Part shown: in pieces, positions 1-10,041 of the stretch
Layout: every line of letters begins with the position of its first letter
Numbering within the stretch: position 1 is the first letter of the stretch
NCBI GenBank assembly: GCA_963668645.2
Contig: CAXXWC010000021.1
Location: forward strand, 160,001-224,000
Direction of reading: 5' to 3'
Source of the DNA: Desulfobacterales bacterium
Lineage (GTDB): Bacteria > Desulfobacterota > Desulfobacteria > Desulfobacterales > UBA2174
Length of the DNA stretch: 64,000 bases
Translations under genes and position numbers: made by a program
Notes under the pieces: model-generated
The model's input: the letters and a program-made list of their open reading frames with translations, nothing else
Told to the model about the DNA's origin: nothing
The model's database searches: none

Positions 1-110
1 TACTGTATTGGTAGCGCCGTGTCAACCCATTCGTCAAGCCGCTGTAAACGCTTACTGTCGCTATCCTTCAGAAATCGGAATCGAGATATAATCAGCTTCG
101 GATAATAAAG

Positions 111-171
111 CATCAACGGGCTCTTCAGCGGGCGCGACTTCTTGCGATCCGGTGCAAAAGCATTGTTAAAA
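111..171 (-). repeat. integron attC-like recombination site (attC-1)
   Basis: Minus strand reads TTTTAAC AATGC TTTTGCAC CGGATCGCAA GAAG TCGCGCCCGC TGAAGAG CCC GTTGATG. This is an AAC...GTT bounded imperfect palindrome of 61 bp with unpaired bases, about 20 bp after the stop of the 191..1258 gene. Confidence 0.7.
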
Positions 172-190
172 CATCAGAATCAGAAGTGTG

Positions 191-1258
191 TCAGCTATAC
201 ATACGTCTATGACCCATAGTACTTAGGTACAACTTTAGATCATCAGGAATCTGATGCTCCGCCTTCGTATTACACCACAACAGGTTAGGTGGATGTGATG
301 AATTGAACCAAATACCTCTGAATAGGATTCCGCTTAGATATTTCGCATGATCCAAAAATCCAGAGATCCCATTGAAGCCTTTTCTATGGAAAAAATCGTC
401 ATCCTTTTTCTTCATCAAAGAGTTAATGGATCGAATAGCACGTAACAGATCTTCTCTTTCATGGGTACTGCTTGTTGTGGAACATACAAGAACGTTCATC
501 ATTCCTGGGACCATCTGGGTTAGCTTTTCAAAGATGGCATCAGAAAACTTATACCGTTCCTTTTGGGTATAGAAGATCGGTTCAACTGCCATGTGATACG
601 CTGTCAAACCTGTCTCCTTTCTCTGCTTTAACTTTGTTAAGTGCAGGATGAATTCTCCATCAATTCCTGGGATTGAGTGTTCGGAGGAAGACCCACTGCG
701 CAATACTGTGTCTTGCTCCCGTATCTTGCTTTCTATAAATTGGAGGATTTCCTGTTTCGTGGTTTCAATTTGTGTCAAAAAATCAATTGTCCCATCGACG
801 TGCGTCATATCGAGACTGAAGCCAAGATTCGATGGAACCATGCTAATCCTGGCTACTACGTCCTTCATCCACTGATCAAACCGCTGCCCCAGATGAGCTT
901 GGCGGATACGCTTAACTTCTATATTGAACTCGATACGGTCATCAAACTTGACTGTAAAATCGGGTATACGGCATATTGCATTTAATTGCTTCTCATACTC
1001 GACGTAAAATCTTTTATCCATCAAGAGAAAATAGGAAACTTCCAACTCAAATTTTACGTCTTCCAAATCTTCGAAGGATTTTGCCGTAATGCACTTTTTC
1101 CTTATTTTATCTTCATAACGATGAACAAATTCAGCAAACCTTTCTGAGCTATCGAGCCAATACCTCAATGCAGTTGAAATAGGATGATCTCGGCCCTCTG
1201 TCAAATACACGATTTGGTCAGATTGCATTGAGTTACAATGGCTATATGGTTTCTCCAT
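191..1258 (-). CDS. hypothetical protein with PD-(D/E)XK nuclease-like motif; probable integron cassette gene
   Basis: 355-aa AT-rich ORF with motif IPDFTVKFDDRIEFNIEVKRI (PD...ExK), flanked by attC-like sites. The start may be the later ATG (MQSDQ). Confidence 0.7.
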   Translation of the reverse strand: MEKPYSHCNSMQSDQIVYLTEGRDHPISTALRYWLDSSERFAEFVHRYEDKIRKKCITAKSFEDLEDVKFELEVSYFLLMDKRFYVEYEKQLNAICRIPDFTVKFDDRIEFNIEVKRIRQAHLGQRFDQWMKDVVARISMVPSNLGFSLDMTHVDGTIDFLTQIETTKQEILQFIESKIREQDTVLRSGSSSEHSIPGIDGEFILHLTKLKQRKETGLTAYHMAVEPIFYTQKERYKFSDAIFEKLTQMVPGMMNVLVCSTTSSTHEREDLLRAIRSINSLMKKKDDDFFHRKGFNGISGFLDHAKYLSGILFRGIWFNSSHPPNLLWCNTKAEHQIPDDLKLYLSTMGHRRMYS

Positions 1259-1326
1259 AACGCCCTTTACACGCCATATCGTGGAATAAAACCTTGGCGT
1301 TTATTCTGGTAAAATCTCGATTATAC
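1255..1326 (-). repeat. degenerate attC-like site (attC-2)
   Basis: Minus strand reads GTATAAT CGAGA TTTTACCA...CGCCA...TGGCG TGTAAAG GGC GTTATGG. The GTT core is present and the arms pair, but the AAC end reads AAT. Confidence 0.4.
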
Positions 1327-1437
1327 TGAAGTCCTCCGACTGTTTTCGGTATTGAATTTTTCATATACTAATTTTTCATTTATCAAGGTACCCGAAACAG
1401 ATCGTTAGGATAATAAAGCATCATGACTGTGGATTCT

Positions 1438-2142
1438 TTACAATTCAAATAAAGTCTTTCTTAGCGAGGCCTCTATCCAATACCGCTCCTCTGAATTTTT
1501 ATGCCATATCATCACCCTAATGCTCGGACGTTTTGGATCTACTGGACCATTAATGTATGTTTTACTATTTTTATTTAACGGGAAAATGTCTTTTACAACA
1601 TTGCTGATAAATTGTTTGTGTTCTGTTGTTTCAGGGACGATCCTTGACAAAACTAAAATAGAATATCCATTTGAGAGAGGCAACCGACACAACTCCAAAA
1701 ATTGTTCCTGTGTGCTTTCTGTTGTTTGATCGTCTTGAATATTCGCCTTAAAAATTCCCACGGAAACAGCTTTGCCTTTTGGGCATGTAATCCACGATAC
1801 ATTTCCTGCTTTCCCAAAACGGAAATTATCTAATTGCGAATGTGGTATCACCAGTTCAAAATACTTGATTGAAGATCCAGGGGTTAGATCAATATTTACT
1901 CTCCACTGATCATATAACCTGCTCTTCTCTTTCCATTCTGGATTCTCAACGAGAGTATCTCTAATTTCGGAAGACAGACCAACTTGGCATTGTCCACTTT
2001 CATGAAGGCTGGCTTTGTAAGACTGAGCTGTCGCGCGGCTTCCGATATAGCAATCATTATTTCTGGTCCATATTCTCCATTGTTGAGAATGTTGGCCAAT
2101 ATCATTTCTTACTGCAAACCTGAAAGCGTTATCTTTAGCCAT
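1438..2142 (-). CDS. hypothetical protein; probable integron cassette gene
   Basis: About 234-aa AT-rich ORF with a GGAG RBS before ATG 2142. It lies between attC-like sites and I do not recognise its family. Confidence 0.7.
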   Translation of the reverse strand: MAKDNAFRFAVRNDIGQHSQQWRIWTRNNDCYIGSRATAQSYKASLHESGQCQVGLSSEIRDTLVENPEWKEKSRLYDQWRVNIDLTPGSSIKYFELVIPHSQLDNFRFGKAGNVSWITCPKGKAVSVGIFKANIQDDQTTESTQEQFLELCRLPLSNGYSILVLSRIVPETTEHKQFISNVVKDIFPLNKNSKTYINGPVDPKRPSIRVMIWHKNSEERYWIEASLRKTLFEL

Positions 2143-2255
2143 TTTTTTCTCCAAAAAACGATACGCTGTAATGAAGACAGTTCCGTATAAATATTTGATA
2201 CGCTATTCGTCAAATCAAAAGCCATCCAGAGACGAGCACTTAGGCTAATAAAGTG

Positions 2256-2329
2256 TCATAACGTTGCAAATAACCAGTGCAAATTTCGCGCAGCGGAATT
2301 TGCATCCGAGTTAATTTGCCATGTTTGGC
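2256..2329 (-). repeat. integron attC-like recombination site (attC-3)
   Basis: Minus strand reads GCCAAAC ATGGC AAATTAAC TCGGATGCAAATTCCGC TGC GCGAAATTTGCA CTG GTTATTT GCAAC GTTATGA. It has R''-L''-stem-L'-R' architecture, is 74 bp long and lies about 95 bp after the zorD stop. Confidence 0.75.
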
Positions 2330-2424
2330 TTTTTATTACACCTTTATAAAAAATTGCCTATTAGCTGGTTTAATCGTCCCAAAAGTTTTTAATCAATAAC
2401 TATTAAATTAAAAATCCGTTTCTT

Positions 2425-5400
2425 TCATATAACTCTTTCTCTACTGTAGTCGGCTTTGAGAACAGTAGAATATTCAATTTTATTTTTGCCCAGCATTTCG
2501 CTTATCCATTTACGGTCATACAATTCAACTCCACAAATTTCTGCGGCATTCTTAGTACGTCGACTAAATTTTTTTGATGTAGTGTGTAAACAGCGACGTT
2601 TGAATGTGACTCCGAGAGCCTTTTCATAAAAAGGTCGAGCACCTTCAACCTCTCGAACAGCTACTTCACTGTTAAAAGTAGCTTGTCCGGTGTTTTTGCA
2701 TTGAATTAATAAATTGTCGCTATCCTTTCCCCAGCCGAGAACGACAATATCACACCCGTGATCATGTCCACCTGGAGTTAAGATCACTCGTTTGGCCTTG
2801 TTTTTGTATATTACAGCAATTAAAGCTTCAAAGAGTTGCCATGAAAAATTTAATGAGCTCTGCAAATCAATAAACTTTTTAGCTTTTTTATCCGTTTTAT
2901 AATCTCTAAAAAGTTCATAAATGATTTCAGGTCCAGAAACTGTATCGGGTGGCACTAAGCCTAAGGCCCCTTGCAATTCTCGTTTTTTTTCGAGGAGCCG
3001 ATAAAGTACAAGATCAAAAGATGCCATACTTGGGTGGGCGAGAACTGGTAAATACACTCTGACAGAGCGGGTTTGCCCAATCCGGCACACTCGATCTGTT
3101 GCTTGATCTTCCTTTGCAGGATTCCAGTGACGTTCAAGATGAATTACATGGTTGGCTGCCACTATATTTAGTCCGGCTCCTGCAGCAATTGGTGAAAGAA
3201 TACAAATACCAAAACCTGGTTGCTGACTGAACTCATTGATAAGGCCAAGTCTGGTTGCCTCTGGATTGGTTATTGATGATGATTTAGTATCGCCATTTAT
3301 GACGGGAACTGTAAGCCCATATATACGACCTAAGTTACATGATAAGGCTTCTTGTAGTTTTTTTTGAACACAGAAAATAAGTACTTTTTCGTTTTCTAAC
3401 TGGATTTCATCAAGGCAATCCAATAGCCAAGATAGTTTTCCAGAGCGTTGAAGTTCATATTTCGCAGACACCACACTATTTGTGTTCCGCATTTCACCAC
3501 CACCAAGAAGATCTGGATGCAGAGAGACTTGACGTAACTGCCATAAAGCGGCAAGCTGCTGATTGTTTCGCTGCTTTCCCTCAGGATGGCTATTGGCTTC
3601 TGCATTTTGTATAGCATCCACGACAGCATCGTAAGCACTTAATTGTTCAGAAGACATATCAATGAGAATAGGTTCATTTTCCCCCTTTTTATTAGGAAGT
3701 CCTTCCAATTCATCCTCTTTCGTTCTACGCAGCATTAAGCCTCCTACATGATTGCGAAGCTCCTTTCCTATTTCATTTGCTTTATCGCGTTCTCGTTTCA
3801 TTCGCAAAATCCAGTTCTTTCGAAATTCAGAAAATGAACCCAATGGACCAGGCTCTGCTGTATCGAGGATACACCAAAAATCCCCCAAGTGATTTTCAAC
3901 TGGTGTCCCAGTAAGCATGATTCGATAGAGCCCCTTCAAGGATTTTGCGGCAATTGTTTGTAGGGCATTCGGATTTTTGATATTCTGTGCTTCGTCAAAG
4001 ATAACGGTACTCCAATCAGATTTAGCAAAAGAAAATCGGTATTTTCGTAAAGTTTGATATGTCGTCAATACACAGCTGCCGGGATAGTCAATGCTACGTT
4101 CAGTACCATCTCCGAAACCAAGTCCATATTGGACGACCTCGCCTGGTTTTGCGATATCCTGGCTATTAGGACTGCGACGAACCTTGTTTAACTCATTATC
4201 GCTCTGAGCGATCAGTATACGGGTAAAAACATATTTCGAATTAATATAGCTCTTAACTATCTCATCTTTCCAATTTTCCAATAACGATAGTGGTGCTACA
4301 ACCAGTATCGCGGGTGGTTGAGATTCAGTAATCTTCCGCCAAAGCTCAAGCCATTCAGAAAGGAAAATTAAGGTACTATATGTTTTACCTAAACCCATAT
4401 CATCTGCCAATAGTGCCCCGGCACCATATCCTCCGGTATTATTTTCCGATTTTTCTCTGGTCTGTGCACGTTGTGCATTACCAAGGAGCCATCGAACCGC
4501 TTTCTCTTGGTGGAGTAAAGGTGATCTTGGGTATTTTGAGAAATCAAGCTTATAAGGTTCTTCATTTTTTAACGAAATATCATGAAATCGCCAACCAAAT
4601 CCCAACTCCTCATCATTTGGAATTATTAGTGGTACAATTGATTTTTTGGAATTAACTTTAATACCATCTTCTAAGTTTCCGGGCTGTTCATCATCACGTG
4701 GAGTTGGTTCTTTTTCAGATTTAGGCTTTTCAGTTTCTGATTTCTCAGAAACAGGTTTTTGCCCGAACCAATCTTGTCCCTCATCCCAATTAACCCCTAA
4801 ATACCCACCTTTCCATTCTCCGATTCCTGTAACACGAGGACTAAATTCAGTCTCTAAATCTGGGAACACATTGTCTGCTAACCACCCCGATGGATTTTTT
4901 TTGAAAGCCTCTTTTTGATCGGATGGAATTCTATCATGTTTTGCAACAGCTCTCGCTTGCTTGGTTTGCGTGGAATCAAGCAATAAAATAGTTTTTCCGA
5001 CTCTAAGTACAGTTCGTTCCGCCCCTACATTCAATTGGCTTAGACGTTCCTCAATCAAGTCTGCATCAAGTTCAGGGAAATTTCCCGTCAACACTGGGCG
5101 TAAAACTAAATCCCCTGAGGTTTCATCCTCTCTTACATTCAAACTTAGTTCTTCAGCTTCTGAAATTATAAAGTCATCATATATTTCCATATCAATATGA
5201 CAGCCTTCATTCCACGCATCTCGTAAACTTGAAAGAAGGCTTAGATTTGAAAATTCATCATGCTGTTCGGTTTTCCATTTCTTGAAAGCCGCTATCGCGG
5301 TATATTGTGCAGACGTTGGCAAGTAATCATTACCTTCAACCTCTAAAATTGGACCACGCATAGTCCAATTCCAAGCAAGGTCAGCGGCTGGATTTACCAT

Positions 5401-5736
5401 ACCAAGAGAAGCTCGAAATCCTTGAAGCTGTGGAACACTATCAGTTTTTAGACGCATACCGCCTGGCCATGAAGGTGGCAAGTTAAAGCATTCTCTTGTA
5501 TCTGTATCGAGCCTTACTGCATCAGGAGTTGATATGAATATTCCATTTTCGACAACCTGAGTAGAAGCCTGACCGCTCTCAGTTAGCATCTGCATTCGAA
5601 CAAAGGCGATTTGATCAGCCTCATTTGCTTGCCCTGTTTTAGCCGTTTCATATCTTCTTCTATCGGAAAAGCGTATTGCAAGACCATCTGTATTTGAAGA
5701 CCAAATAAATTGAGACCGGGAGGTTTTAAATATCAT
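2425..5736 (-). CDS. zorD: Zorya type I ZorD: SNF2-family helicase with C-terminal Mrr-like nuclease
   Basis: Helicase motifs LLADDMGLGKT, DEAQNIKN, LTGTPVEN, WNPAKEDQATDRVCRIGQ. C-terminal DHGCDIV...LLIQCK nuclease motif. Fourth gene of the operon. Confidence 0.9.
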   Translation of the reverse strand: MIFKTSRSQFIWSSNTDGLAIRFSDRRRYETAKTGQANEADQIAFVRMQMLTESGQASTQVVENGIFISTPDAVRLDTDTRECFNLPPSWPGGMRLKTDSVPQLQGFRASLGMVNPAADLAWNWTMRGPILEVEGNDYLPTSAQYTAIAAFKKWKTEQHDEFSNLSLLSSLRDAWNEGCHIDMEIYDDFIISEAEELSLNVREDETSGDLVLRPVLTGNFPELDADLIEERLSQLNVGAERTVLRVGKTILLLDSTQTKQARAVAKHDRIPSDQKEAFKKNPSGWLADNVFPDLETEFSPRVTGIGEWKGGYLGVNWDEGQDWFGQKPVSEKSETEKPKSEKEPTPRDDEQPGNLEDGIKVNSKKSIVPLIIPNDEELGFGWRFHDISLKNEEPYKLDFSKYPRSPLLHQEKAVRWLLGNAQRAQTREKSENNTGGYGAGALLADDMGLGKTYSTLIFLSEWLELWRKITESQPPAILVVAPLSLLENWKDEIVKSYINSKYVFTRILIAQSDNELNKVRRSPNSQDIAKPGEVVQYGLGFGDGTERSIDYPGSCVLTTYQTLRKYRFSFAKSDWSTVIFDEAQNIKNPNALQTIAAKSLKGLYRIMLTGTPVENHLGDFWCILDTAEPGPLGSFSEFRKNWILRMKRERDKANEIGKELRNHVGGLMLRRTKEDELEGLPNKKGENEPILIDMSSEQLSAYDAVVDAIQNAEANSHPEGKQRNNQQLAALWQLRQVSLHPDLLGGGEMRNTNSVVSAKYELQRSGKLSWLLDCLDEIQLENEKVLIFCVQKKLQEALSCNLGRIYGLTVPVINGDTKSSSITNPEATRLGLINEFSQQPGFGICILSPIAAGAGLNIVAANHVIHLERHWNPAKEDQATDRVCRIGQTRSVRVYLPVLAHPSMASFDLVLYRLLEKKRELQGALGLVPPDTVSGPEIIYELFRDYKTDKKAKKFIDLQSSLNFSWQLFEALIAVIYKNKAKRVILTPGGHDHGCDIVVLGWGKDSDNLLIQCKNTGQATFNSEVAVREVEGARPFYEKALGVTFKRRCLHTTSKKFSRRTKNAAEICGVELYDRKWISEMLGKNKIEYSTVLKADYSRERVI

Positions 5737-5746
5737 TGATTAATTC

Positions 5747-7171
5747 CTATCGAATTGTATTTATCCATTCGACGTGAAATTTAGATCGTATCTCCGAATA
5801 AAATTTCCCAACCCATGTTCCAGATTTAACATGCCTGATAAATATTGGGCAATCATAAGGACTTAATCTGAACTCTGAATCTTGATACGTGCTACGCGGA
5901 TACTCCCAAAATCCCCTTATTGGGAATTCTCGGTGGAATGCCCTTAATCCAAAGGTATGCGTTCCTTCGACTATGAAAACATTATCGATACATTGTAAAC
6001 ATATCATACTTGTTTGGGCAGTTGTGCTTGAAAGCTTAGAGACACTCATTGGATCTCGATATTTCGGATCAAGTCGTCGATAGTCGGACCAGTTAAGAGC
6101 TAATCTTGCAGTAATAATTCTCTTCGATTCAAAAAGTGACAGTAAAAATCGTGCTCGTAAATCGAATTGAGACTCTCTTGAGGTATCTTTCAGGCTGTTC
6201 TCCAAAAACTCTATGAAAAATCTTAGGGTTTGACCTGTTATTCCTTGCATGGCCAACCTTAACTCAGAATCCGTTGCCCATCCCCACCATTTAGTACCTT
6301 CTGCGGTTCTACGGCCGTAACGGGGATCACATCCAAATCGTGTAATCCATTTGGGCCAAGAACCAGCCCATTTTCCATTATTTTCCCTTGCGATACGCTG
6401 TATGAGTACCTGCAGGGCTGCCGCACCCATTAATAAATTAGCAGAGGCTTGTTCCTCTCTCAGATTTTCAACCTCTTCAAACGCTGGAGCTCCTTGGCCA
6501 ATTCTAACAGATTTAATCTTATTCAAGAGAAATATTTGTCGCAACCTTTCAGCAAAACGACCTTGTTTGGGAATCTCAAAACGATTTATTAAATCGGTGA
6601 GATTATCAGATTTTATCGCCTGATTTGCGATATTAGCAGGGCCATTTGCTGAAAATAAAAGCCTTCGATGCTGGTGCCATAATCTAATTCTTTTATCAGT
6701 TGAGTCTCCAGCCTTGCCCGTCGAAAATGATTCCATTAATCTCGAACATACAATTGTGATTGCAGCAAGTAGATCAAAATGCGTAAAAAACAGAACAGCC
6801 ACCTGTCTTCTTCTTCCTATATGATAGCCGGTTCCATCTTTTCCAAGAATTGAGAAGGCAACTTTTTCATCAAATAGCGGAAGCCACTTTGAATCTGGGT
6901 GACCATAATGTTCAATGTACAGACTTAATAATAACCGTTGCCTTCCAACCACATCACTCGCTTTTTCAAAACTTTCTCCTCTTGTTTTCCGCTTTCTTAA
7001 TTTTACGATAAGCTCATTTTTACGATTTCTAAAGTTTTTGCTCTCGTAACCTTGCTCAAACCTTTGAATATTGATTTCAATAATCTTATGCAGCGTTTTG
7101 GTTGGACTTGACAATATTGTATCGTCTAATTGGAGAGATGGTAATTGTTTTAATGCAAGATCGAGATACAT
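5747..7171 (-). CDS. zorC: Zorya type I ZorC (EH-signature domain protein)
   Basis: 474 aa between zorB and zorD, with a C-terminal VEGTH...RH...W pattern typical of EH_signature proteins. Confidence 0.8.
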   Translation of the reverse strand: MYLDLALKQLPSLQLDDTILSSPTKTLHKIIEINIQRFEQGYESKNFRNRKNELIVKLRKRKTRGESFEKASDVVGRQRLLLSLYIEHYGHPDSKWLPLFDEKVAFSILGKDGTGYHIGRRRQVAVLFFTHFDLLAAITIVCSRLMESFSTGKAGDSTDKRIRLWHQHRRLLFSANGPANIANQAIKSDNLTDLINRFEIPKQGRFAERLRQIFLLNKIKSVRIGQGAPAFEEVENLREEQASANLLMGAAALQVLIQRIARENNGKWAGSWPKWITRFGCDPRYGRRTAEGTKWWGWATDSELRLAMQGITGQTLRFFIEFLENSLKDTSRESQFDLRARFLLSLFESKRIITARLALNWSDYRRLDPKYRDPMSVSKLSSTTAQTSMICLQCIDNVFIVEGTHTFGLRAFHREFPIRGFWEYPRSTYQDSEFRLSPYDCPIFIRHVKSGTWVGKFYSEIRSKFHVEWINTIR

Positions 7172-8040
7172 TAATCAGTTGCCTTTAGTTTTTGTATAAT
7201 CTCTCGCGTCCTGTCTCGTAATTTTCCTAAACTGGCCTGAAGTCTTTTTAGATCATCTTTTTCTGATGATACTAATGTAAAACGTATATCTATTCTACGG
7301 TCTTCGGGTCGATCATCATTTATTTTCTCACCGTTGAAACGGTCATGTGTAGACCTTGTATCCGCATATCCACTTACAGAAATAAGAGGCTTTACTAGAT
7401 GACTTGAATCAGGGGAAATGGTTTTTAGTTCTTTCAACTCATGCATTTTGCCAGGAGACTCTGTCCAAAATTTCCATAAAGAAATTGCCCTGTATGTGCT
7501 AAGCCCCCAGTTTCCCATTGCTCGATTATTTGGTACTGAATCAGTGTGCCCTTCAATAAATACAGTATCAAGTAGTGCACGATTATTATCTTGTTTAAGC
7601 GACTTTAAAAGAACATCGCCTATCGCGGTGGCCGATTCAATATGTTCTACTGGTATGGTATAGCGACCTAAGGCAAAGTGGAGCTGTTCTTCAGGAATTC
7701 TTAAGACCGTACCATTCTCTGCGAGAATAACCTCAATTCCTCTTTTTTTTAAATCTTCTTGTATCTCTCTGAGCATAAGAGTTAATGCTTGCTCTCGTTT
7801 AACAACTCCACTAATTGACAACCTGATATCATCTTGAATCTGTTGGATCCCCTCCAGGCTTTCAATCAGTTCTTCTTTGGAAACACGAAGCTCTTCTCTC
7901 CGCTTTTCAAGCTCAACTAATGTAACGATGAGTACAAGGATATAGATTGCAAGCATCCCAGCCATCAAATCTGAAAATGAGAGCAAATATGGATTGTCCT
8001 CATCCTTTCTCAGCGGCAATGCTATTGTTCGTCTAAACAT
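7171..8040 (-). CDS. zorB: Zorya ZorB, MotB/OmpA-like protein
   Basis: N-terminal TM with conserved Asp (SFSDLMAG) and an OmpA-like domain (IEGHTDS, NWGLSTYRA, RRIDIRF). Confidence 0.9.
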   Translation of the reverse strand: MFRRTIALPLRKDEDNPYLLSFSDLMAGMLAIYILVLIVTLVELEKRREELRVSKEELIESLEGIQQIQDDIRLSISGVVKREQALTLMLREIQEDLKKRGIEVILAENGTVLRIPEEQLHFALGRYTIPVEHIESATAIGDVLLKSLKQDNNRALLDTVFIEGHTDSVPNNRAMGNWGLSTYRAISLWKFWTESPGKMHELKELKTISPDSSHLVKPLISVSGYADTRSTHDRFNGEKINDDRPEDRRIDIRFTLVSSEKDDLKRLQASLGKLRDRTREIIQKLKATD

Positions 8041-8046
8041 GATAGT

Positions 8047-10041
8047 TTATCTTCTTTTTATCTCGCTAATAGCCTCTTGCAGGGCGTCGAGACCTTCTTG
8101 GAGTTGATCTACTTGACTTTGATATGATTTTAAACAGTTTGACACTTCACTTGTCCATTGATTCATAAGATTCCGCGTATTTCCCTCTATTTGATCACCA
8201 TATGCACCAATTATTGATTGCAGTCTATCCTTCATCGCATTAAGCCCAATCTCAACGCTATCGAACCATTTCTTTTGAAGATCAATTAGCTGTGTATAGA
8301 ATTTGTGTGAGCTTTCTGCTCCCTCGACGATTCTATTACCTGCTTCGCCCAAGCCCTTGGTTAAACCTGAAATAGATTGAGGGATAGGTTCAAAAACGTT
8401 TGCAGTCCGTTCTCCTGCAATGGCAGCAGATAGAGATGCCTTAGCGGCTTCATTTTGCTTTTCTGATGCGTCTAATACGTGCTGGCCAAACGCTGCAAGT
8501 TCGTTACTTGCATCATCAAGGGTTGTCGCTGCGGCACTTAAATGCTCAGCCAGAGCAGATACCTTTGAGAATTGTTCTGCAGCTGCTCCGACTTTTTCAG
8601 CAAGATCACCAGTCATTTCGAGAAGACGTTGGTTTCTTTCGTTCTCAGATGCATTACGATTTTTCTCAAAATTTTCTTGATCTTCTGGGAGCTTGGATAA
8701 ATATGATTTTAAATCATTAACTGGATCTGAAAATGATGCTATAACACGAGCAGCTTCACTAAGCGTCTCTTGGATGGCTGGTAGCTGGCCGCTTATCGTA
8801 TCGAACTTGTCAGCAACTTTCGTATTGGCTTTACTTGATGATAATTGGGCCTCAGCGGCCAATTTATTATTTTCCGATGAAATTTTTAGAGTTTCTTTCA
8901 TTTCAGAAAAATTTGCAGCAGCCTGATTAACTTCAGATGCTGCCAAGGCCATTTTGTCCATAACCGATTCGTGAGCATTCAACTTTTGGACTGCGTTACC
9001 AACATTTTGCTGGGCTACGGCAACAACCTTTGTCAGTTTTTCAACAATGGGCTGAAAGCTATCAACACTTTTCATTAAATTTTCGCTTGCACCAGAGAAT
9101 TGTTCTCTGAAATGCTTACCCATTTGACCAATTTCGCTTTGCAAATTTTTTAACTCAGCGGTAACTGTTTCGGATAACAATATCGCTGATTTTTCCATTA
9201 AGGAACCTTGGCCTTCACTTGTCGCCTTTGCAACTGCATCTTTTATTTCATTACCAAGACGACCTATGGCCTTTTGCATCTCATCACCAATCGCAACAGC
9301 CAATCCTTTAAGTATTTCTTCTGTTCCCCTTGAGGAACGTTCCATTTCAATTAGCGAATCTTCAGGGACATATGGTTTATAGATAGAATCAACGATTGTT
9401 TGAAGTTTTCGAATCCTCCATAAAGCTATTCTCTCTAAGAACTTTTCTAACCCACTAAATGTTAAGCTTGAAAACACACCCCAAACCGATGTTGAAAATG
9501 CAATGACACATCCCTGAATCAATGGAACAATACTTTTATCAAGCTCTTTGGCATTGCTTAGGTCTAAACCACCCATTCCTATTTGTAGGCCAGCAAACGT
9601 ACCAAGCACGCCCAGACCTGTTAGAATCCCTGGTATTGCAACAAACAATCTGCTTCTCATTAAGTTCGGAGCAAGTATGTTATCGCTAAAAATATCAGCT
9701 GCCTTTACAGATCTCCTGAGAGACTTTATTCCTGTACCATCACGATGCTCAACCGCTACTAAATGTTGTTTCCATTCGTATAATAGAGGAAATTTTGGAG
9801 AGTTTTCAATATTCCTAGAACCTTCATCTTTGGGAAGTTTTGATAAATAACCCTGCGATCGTAATATTGATGAAATGGTAAGAGATAGTGTCCAAATAAA
9901 GAACACAATTGTAATTCCAACAATAACTTGAATAAACAGAGAACTAAGGACTTGAGATGCAATCTGGGATTCGTGGTTAAATAAAAGCCGATACGCCTCA
10001 ATTGGATTCCATGTATACGGTAATAGTAGTTTCCAGTTCAT
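8047..10041 (-). CDS. zorA: Zorya ZorA, MotA-like protein with long helical tail
   Basis: Three TM segments (PGILTGLGVLGTF, AFSTSVWG) followed by a long Ala/Glu/Ser-rich helical tail. Confidence 0.9.
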   Translation of the reverse strand: MNWKLLLPYTWNPIEAYRLLFNHESQIASQVLSSLFIQVIVGITIVFFIWTLSLTISSILRSQGYLSKLPKDEGSRNIENSPKFPLLYEWKQHLVAVEHRDGTGIKSLRRSVKAADIFSDNILAPNLMRSRLFVAIPGILTGLGVLGTFAGLQIGMGGLDLSNAKELDKSIVPLIQGCVIAFSTSVWGVFSSLTFSGLEKFLERIALWRIRKLQTIVDSIYKPYVPEDSLIEMERSSRGTEEILKGLAVAIGDEMQKAIGRLGNEIKDAVAKATSEGQGSLMEKSAILLSETVTAELKNLQSEIGQMGKHFREQFSGASENLMKSVDSFQPIVEKLTKVVAVAQQNVGNAVQKLNAHESVMDKMALAASEVNQAAANFSEMKETLKISSENNKLAAEAQLSSSKANTKVADKFDTISGQLPAIQETLSEAARVIASFSDPVNDLKSYLSKLPEDQENFEKNRNASENERNQRLLEMTGDLAEKVGAAAEQFSKVSALAEHLSAAATTLDDASNELAAFGQHVLDASEKQNEAAKASLSAAIAGERTANVFEPIPQSISGLTKGLGEAGNRIVEGAESSHKFYTQLIDLQKKWFDSVEIGLNAMKDRLQSIIGAYGDQIEGNTRNLMNQWTSEVSNCLKSYQSQVDQLQEGLDALQEAISEIKRR

